Shown here in pieces: positions 59,075 to 64,000 of a stretch of DNA of 64,000 bases (the first letter of the stretch is position 1; each line of letters begins with the position of its first letter). The stretch is from Ignavibacteriales bacterium (GTDB taxonomy: Bacteria; Bacteroidota; Ignavibacteria; UBA10030). Below the pieces are notes generated by a model. It was not told where the DNA came from. It saw only the letters and a list, made by a program, of their open reading frames with translations, and searched no databases. The translations under genes were made by a program, and so were the position numbers. The stretch is taken from positions 6,768-70,767 of the forward strand of contig JAPLFP010000365.1 in NCBI GenBank assembly GCA_026390585.1, given 5' to 3'.

Positions 59075-59719
59075 ATGAAAGAATTGCTTGATCTTGCGCA
59101 GCTTCTGGAGCAAGGACAGTCACAGAAGGTGTTGACGTTGACGCAGCAGCTCGTAGACTCAGGGCTCTCTCCGCAGACCATTCTCAATGAAGGATTGATT
59201 GCCGGGATGGCAGTGGTCGGGGAAAAGATGCGGAACGGAGAAATGTACTTGCCTGAAGTTCTGCAATCTGCCGGTGCGATGAAGGCTTCATTGGCGATAC
59301 TGAAGCCGCATCTTGCCCGGGAAGGGACGGCATCGCGTGGGAAAATTCTGATCGGAACAGTGAAAGGTGACATGCACGATATTGGAAAGAACCTGGTCAC
59401 CATCATGCTGCAGGGAGCGGGCTTCGAGGTCATCGATATCGGTCTCAACGTGGAGCCGCAGAGATTTGTTACGGCGATCACCGAACACACACCGGCAGTC
59501 CTCGGCTTATCGGCGATGTTGACAACGACAATGTTGAACATGAAAACCACGATCGAGGCCATTGCGAGCGCGGGGCTTCGGTCTCAGGTAAAGATCATCA
59601 TTGGAGGTGCGCCTGTCAGTCAGAAATTTGCAGATGAGATCGGTGCCGACGGTTATTCACGTGATGCAGTCCTTGCTGTTAACAAAGTAAGACAATTGAT
59701 GGGCCATACCTCTTATTAG
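59075..59719 (+). CDS. mtaC: Corrinoid (B12-binding) protein, MtaC-like
   Basis: GEMYLPEVL cap domain, GTVKGDMHDIGKNLV (DxHxxG), SAMLTTT, IIGGAP. Confidence 0.85.
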   Translation: MKELLDLAQLLEQGQSQKVLTLTQQLVDSGLSPQTILNEGLIAGMAVVGEKMRNGEMYLPEVLQSAGAMKASLAILKPHLAREGTASRGKILIGTVKGDMHDIGKNLVTIMLQGAGFEVIDIGLNVEPQRFVTAITEHTPAVLGLSAMLTTTMLNMKTTIEAIASAGLRSQVKIIIGGAPVSQKFADEIGADGYSRDAVLAVNKVRQLMGHTSY

Positions 59720-59738
59720 CGCGGATAGAACACTTCAA

Positions 59739-61112
59739 ATGCAAAAGACGTTCAAGACGCTCGCGATTCCTGATCCACAACAACTCATGTTTGGTCGTAC
59801 GCCGAAACCGCTGATCTGCGGCTTCGGGCTCAAACTAGGGAACGGCCAGGTCTATCCAGAACTCAATTTCACACTTCCCACCATGGCGTTGGAAGAAACA
59901 AACTGGGCAGCCGTTGTCGCTCAATATGAAGAAATTGGATCGATCATTGAACGGGCAGCGGCGAGACTGAAACCACCAGGGCTGATGGCAGAGTTCGAGC
60001 TCTTGCCTCCGATGACCGAACATCCATCGTGGGGAGCCGAACTGACTTCGGTGCTGCTGCGGCACCTCGACCAGCTGCATAAGGATACTGGTATTCCGTG
60101 TGCCTTGCGCGTTACTCCAACGGATATCAGGGATGTGACGAAACCTCCCGAGCTCAGGTCTGGAAAACCGCTCGAGTTGCTGCTGCAGTCGTTTGAACAG
60201 TGTGCAGCAGCGGGTGCCCATGTGCTCTCGATAGAATCGGTCGGCGGCAAGGAAGTCCATGATGAAGCGCTGCTCTACGGAGACATTGAAGGGGTGATCT
60301 TTGCGCTCGGCGTCCTTGCGTCGAGGGATATGGAATTCCTCTGGGAAAGAATCGTCGCCACATGTTCAAAATACAACGTTGTGCCGGGTGGCGATTCAGC
60401 GTGTGGCTTTGCTAACACGGCAATGCAACTGGCGGGACAGGGAATGCTCCCGGAAGTACTCGCGTCTGTCGTGCGGGCTGCAAGTTCTGTTCGCAGCCTT
60501 GTGGCGTATGAATGTGGGGCATATGGACCGTCGAAAGACTGTGCCTATGAAGGTCCGGTGATCAAGGCAATTACGGGGGCACCGATTGCCATGGAGGGAA
60601 AATCAGCAAGCTGTGCGCATTTTAGTCCCGTGGGGAACGTCGCAGCGGCAATGTGCGATCTGTGGAGTAATGAATCGGTACAGAATGTGAGATTGCTTTC
60701 GGGTCCCGCCCCCGAGGCCTATTTTGAACTACTCGTCTATGACTGCCGACTCTTCAATCAGGCCCTTGAGACAAAAACAGAAAACGTGTATCAGAATCTT
60801 CTTGTCTCGTCCGATATCCATTTGAGCCCTCAAGCATATGTGTTGTCGCCCGAATCGACGATACGAATTGCATCGACCGTTGTGCGTGAGACGGGCCACT
60901 ATGCACAAACGCTTGCGGCAGCCAGAGAGGCTGCGTCTCTCTTGCGTGAAGGAGTGCAACAGGAAGAGCTTCAGTTAAACTCACGCGAAACCGAATGGTT
61001 GGAAAGAATCACGCGGGAATTGAATGCCCTTCCTGCGGACGAGCATCAAATGATTATTACCATGCAGGAGCGATATGGACATCTTTTCACAGCCAACAGT
61101 TACGGTTTGTGA
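59739..61112 (+). CDS. mtaB: Methanol:corrinoid methyltransferase MtaB family
   Basis: SIESVGGKEVHD, GVLASRDM.FLW, GDSACGFANTA, GPSKDCAYEG, EGKSA.CAH.S, DLWSNESV. Confidence 0.9.
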   Translation: MQKTFKTLAIPDPQQLMFGRTPKPLICGFGLKLGNGQVYPELNFTLPTMALEETNWAAVVAQYEEIGSIIERAAARLKPPGLMAEFELLPPMTEHPSWGAELTSVLLRHLDQLHKDTGIPCALRVTPTDIRDVTKPPELRSGKPLELLLQSFEQCAAAGAHVLSIESVGGKEVHDEALLYGDIEGVIFALGVLASRDMEFLWERIVATCSKYNVVPGGDSACGFANTAMQLAGQGMLPEVLASVVRAASSVRSLVAYECGAYGPSKDCAYEGPVIKAITGAPIAMEGKSASCAHFSPVGNVAAAMCDLWSNESVQNVRLLSGPAPEAYFELLVYDCRLFNQALETKTENVYQNLLVSSDIHLSPQAYVLSPESTIRIASTVVRETGHYAQTLAAAREAASLLREGVQQEELQLNSRETEWLERITRELNALPADEHQMIITMQERYGHLFTANSYGL

Positions 61113-61200
61113 AGAGAAATCCGTTGGGCCGTAAACGGCTGTTTCCACACGCATCGAAGCGAATTCTTCTACCTCTGAACTCATAGCACAAAGGAGTACC

Positions 61201-63534
61201 ATGCCAACGATTCTTGATCATCTGACGCAAACAAAGGCCATCCACACCACCTCCTCGTCCGTCAAGGTGGAGCAAACCGTCGCTCATGAACTGAAGATCC
61301 TGATCGGAGGCCGGGTGGAGATCAAACAAGCTCCTGGATTAAATGCACCCGCCGGCACAGTGCGACTTGGTGTAGTCCAGGAAAAGTCCAGGTGGCGATC
61401 AATCCATCCCTCTCTGGATGGAACCCAGGATTGGATGATAGCGAGAGTGAAAAACGGAGGGGGAGTAGAGCTCCTGTCCTCTCGCCCGCATCTCCTCTAC
61501 TATCTGTTCGCGCAATTGACCGAGAATTGGAAGGGAGAAGATGTCCTGCAATTTGCGGACGGCAGGATTCTTCATCCATCGTTCCGTAATCTTCGTCCGG
61601 TCTATGATCTTTTCCTTACGCAACATGCGCGCACGGTGCGTAATTTCGATCGCGAAGAACACGTCCGAAATCTTGCCCGTATGGGATTCTCGCATGCAGA
61701 AGTCAATGGGTTGGCATTCGCTGTTCCGTTTGAGCGTGGTCCCCAGGGAGAACTGCTTCACCGATTTTATACGTACTGCCCCTCTCTCGATCAATTCGTC
61801 TCCAGCCGTCTGAACAAAGGCACCTATGACGACGACTATTTGCAGGCAAATCTAAATCTTCTGAAAACAAATGCCGCCCTTGCAGAGAGATATGGCCTCG
61901 AGCCCGGAATGGTATGCTTTGAGCCGCGGTCCGTGCCCGATAACCTGCTCCAGAAGTATCCGATGCTCCGCGGCGCGCGGGTTGATCATCCGATTCGAAG
62001 CTGGCATCCGCGATTCAATCTCTCGATTGCACATCCGGTCGTACGGGAGCACTATGCGGAAATGATGGAGAAGATTCTCCGGGAGGTACCAAGCCTCGGT
62101 TACATCTCTGTTTGGTCAAATGACAGCGGTGCCGGATTTGAGTACACAAGTTCGTTATATGTGGGGCGCAACGGCGGTGGCTACGTCATCCGCGAATGGA
62201 AAGGCGATACCGAAATTGCCGAATCGGCTGCCAACAACCTGATGCGATTCCAACGACTCCTTCGGGACGCTGGCCGAAAGGTCAATCCGAAATTCCGCAG
62301 CCTGATTCGTTTGGAACCCTTCTGGGCAGAACACGAGTACATTTGGAAGCAGCTCGGCGACGGACTCGATGTTGAAGTCTCATCATTGTTGACCAAGGGG
62401 TGGGGACTGGCGTACAAACACCCCAAATACAAAGAAGCTCGTGAAATTCATGGGACGGCGCTTCATAACAAGTTTGTCGATGCGGAGAAGCCGGTGATCG
62501 AAGAGCTTCGGCAGAAGAAATCAGATGCCGATGTGTACTTCAACCCCGGCATCATCTGGAACCATGAGCCACTCATTGGAATTCCATTCCCGCATCTTGT
62601 ATGCGACAAGTTGACGGATATGCACAAACAGGGGGTTACAACGCCCTGCTACAATGGAAGCGCGACGCCTCCATCGTTCGCACCGTACAATATTAACCAG
62701 GAAGTGGTGCGAGCGTATCAGGGCGATAGCGCTCTGGACCTCGAGGCCTTCCTGCAGAAAAAGGCAGGAGAATGGATTGGCGAACACCTTGCTGCAGACC
62801 TGGTGAAAGTCTGGAACCACTCGGATGAGGCATACCGGTCATTTCCCATTCCCATCTGGATCTATTCGTCCTGGGGAAACTGGTACAGGCTTTCGACGCG
62901 ACCCATCATTCCGAATGTCGAGGCTATTTCGGAAGCGGACCGCGAATACTATGAACAGTTCCTGCTGGCAACATCCCACAACAGGTGTCGTGTGGACTTT
63001 AGGTATGATGTAGGATTCGACCTTGTTGACCCGGCTCACGCACTGCACTGTGTGCAACTGATCGATCGGGATCTTTTCCCGCATATGGAAGCAGCATTGA
63101 AACTGCTTCGTCACATGAAAGACCGCGCCACGACAGATGCAGCACACGCTTGCATTACAGACGTGACAGACAGAATGCGAGGATTGTACTGCTGGTACCG
63201 AACGCAACGCAACGTGGCGGCCTGGGTGGCAGGAGTGCACGGCTATCTTGAATCGAAAGAGAAGAAGGTCAGAAAAGAATGCCGCAAGCTTCTGAAAGAC
63301 ATGGTGCTGGATGAAATTGAAAACACGAAACGATTGCTCGAACTCTGGGAAACCTCCAAAACCAACTGGATGATTCTTTCCGCGGTCGGGGAGACGACAT
63401 TCATTTACTATGACAACTTTGGCGAGCAGTTGAAGCGAAAGATCGCACTGATGAAGGGGCATGAGAACGATGAACCATATGTGGATCCGAACTTCCAGTG
63501 GCGTGTACCAGGATTCACTGATGTGAAACGATAG
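61201..63534 (+). CDS. Uncharacterised cytoplasmic GH-like protein with an extra N-terminal domain, paralog of 5889-7862
   Basis: AAGGAG RBS, no signal peptide. Shared blocks begin at about residue 125 and run to the C-terminal EPY.DPN..WR.P. Confidence 0.65.
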   Translation: MPTILDHLTQTKAIHTTSSSVKVEQTVAHELKILIGGRVEIKQAPGLNAPAGTVRLGVVQEKSRWRSIHPSLDGTQDWMIARVKNGGGVELLSSRPHLLYYLFAQLTENWKGEDVLQFADGRILHPSFRNLRPVYDLFLTQHARTVRNFDREEHVRNLARMGFSHAEVNGLAFAVPFERGPQGELLHRFYTYCPSLDQFVSSRLNKGTYDDDYLQANLNLLKTNAALAERYGLEPGMVCFEPRSVPDNLLQKYPMLRGARVDHPIRSWHPRFNLSIAHPVVREHYAEMMEKILREVPSLGYISVWSNDSGAGFEYTSSLYVGRNGGGYVIREWKGDTEIAESAANNLMRFQRLLRDAGRKVNPKFRSLIRLEPFWAEHEYIWKQLGDGLDVEVSSLLTKGWGLAYKHPKYKEAREIHGTALHNKFVDAEKPVIEELRQKKSDADVYFNPGIIWNHEPLIGIPFPHLVCDKLTDMHKQGVTTPCYNGSATPPSFAPYNINQEVVRAYQGDSALDLEAFLQKKAGEWIGEHLAADLVKVWNHSDEAYRSFPIPIWIYSSWGNWYRLSTRPIIPNVEAISEADREYYEQFLLATSHNRCRVDFRYDVGFDLVDPAHALHCVQLIDRDLFPHMEAALKLLRHMKDRATTDAAHACITDVTDRMRGLYCWYRTQRNVAAWVAGVHGYLESKEKKVRKECRKLLKDMVLDEIENTKRLLELWETSKTNWMILSAVGETTFIYYDNFGEQLKRKIALMKGHENDEPYVDPNFQWRVPGFTDVKR

Positions 63535-64000
63535 TGCCGACGAAGATTGTTATAGCGCCAGATTCATTCAAGGGTTCACTGACCGCTCACGAGGCAGCCT
63601 CTGCGATGGAGCAGGGGGTGTTGCAGTTACTCCCGGATGCTCATATCCTCAAGCATCCTGTCTCCGACGGTGGTGAGGGCCTGGTTGGTGTTGTCACTTC
63701 GGCACTGGGGGGATGTATTGTGACAACGAACGTCAGCGGACCGCTACCGGGCCAGCGTGTCGATGCCCGGTGGGGTCTCTCCTCAGATGGCTCGTTCGCA
63801 ATTATCGAGATGGCAGAGGCAGCAGGGTTGACTCTTGTTCCCGCTGATCGACGAGATCCAAAAATCACGACGACGTACGGAGTCGGAGAACTCATCCGGG
63901 CTGCCCTCGATGCCGGCGTTTCTTCCATTGTGATTGGAATCGGTGGAAGTGCCACCAATGATGGCGGCGCTGGGATGGCGGAGGCGCTTGGGGTCAGATT
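63534..64000 (+). CDS. glxK: Glycerate kinase (GlxK/GarK family), 3'-truncated by the window edge; not in the ORF track
   Basis: GTG overlaps the previous TAG. Translates KIVIAPDSFKGSL..SDGGEG..IIEMAEAAGL..TTYGVGE..GIGGSATNDGGAGM. Confidence 0.9.
   Translation, partial: MPTKIVIAPDSFKGSLTAHEAASAMEQGVLQLLPDAHILKHPVSDGGEGLVGVVTSALGGCIVTTNVSGPLPGQRVDARWGLSSDGSFAIIEMAEAAGLTLVPADRRDPKITTTYGVGELIRAALDAGVSSIVIGIGGSATNDGGAGMAEALGVR

Noticed and set aside
58027-61112. Evidence for methanogenesis or an archaeal insert
   Set aside because: The context is fully bacterial, the genes are coupled to bacterial sugar genes, and no mcr/mtr/CoM genes or integration scars are visible.
63641-63958. Minus-strand 105-aa ORF
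   Set aside because: Shadow of the plus-strand glycerate kinase that runs off the window.
1-64000. CRISPR array, tRNA/rRNA, transposase, integrase, prophage or defence genes
   Set aside because: No regularly spaced repeat-spacer units, cloverleafs or such protein motifs were seen; intergenic gaps other than 5386-5888 are too short.

Overview
A 64-kb, single-strand (+) catabolic supercluster of about 46 protein-coding loci. It probably comes from an FCB-group, Ignavibacteria-like bacterium (inference from a TonB-dependent receptor, a PorV-like barrel, a T9SS-CTD-like tail, frequent Gln at +1 after signal peptides, Shine-Dalgarno use and a canonical sigma70 promoter). It opens with a SusD-less outer-membrane module (TBDR, FN3/CTD protein, PorV-like protein). 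It then carries many uncharacterised periplasmic and cytoplasmic glycan enzymes (GH15-like, other (a/a)6 barrels, heparinase II/III-like lyases, BNR propellers, GH38, GH3), xylB-xylFHG, sugar kinases, and an unusual set of tailoring enzymes: Tat-exported PLP enzyme, LarA, class III aminotransferase, amidohydrolase, OSBS/NAAAR, DHODH-like flavoprotein plus ferredoxin, cyclase and M20 hydrolase. The most striking items are (1) an MtaB / corrinoid protein / URO-D-like methyl-transfer trio coupled into a sugar operon and (2) a 154-nt duplicated segment that places an essentially identical Tat leader on two unrelated enzymes. There are also three frameshift/deletion scars, a MITE-like palindromic element and several structured intergenic stretches. 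No rRNA, tRNA, CRISPR, transposase or convincing minus-strand gene was seen. All family calls come from motif recognition by eye, not database searches.
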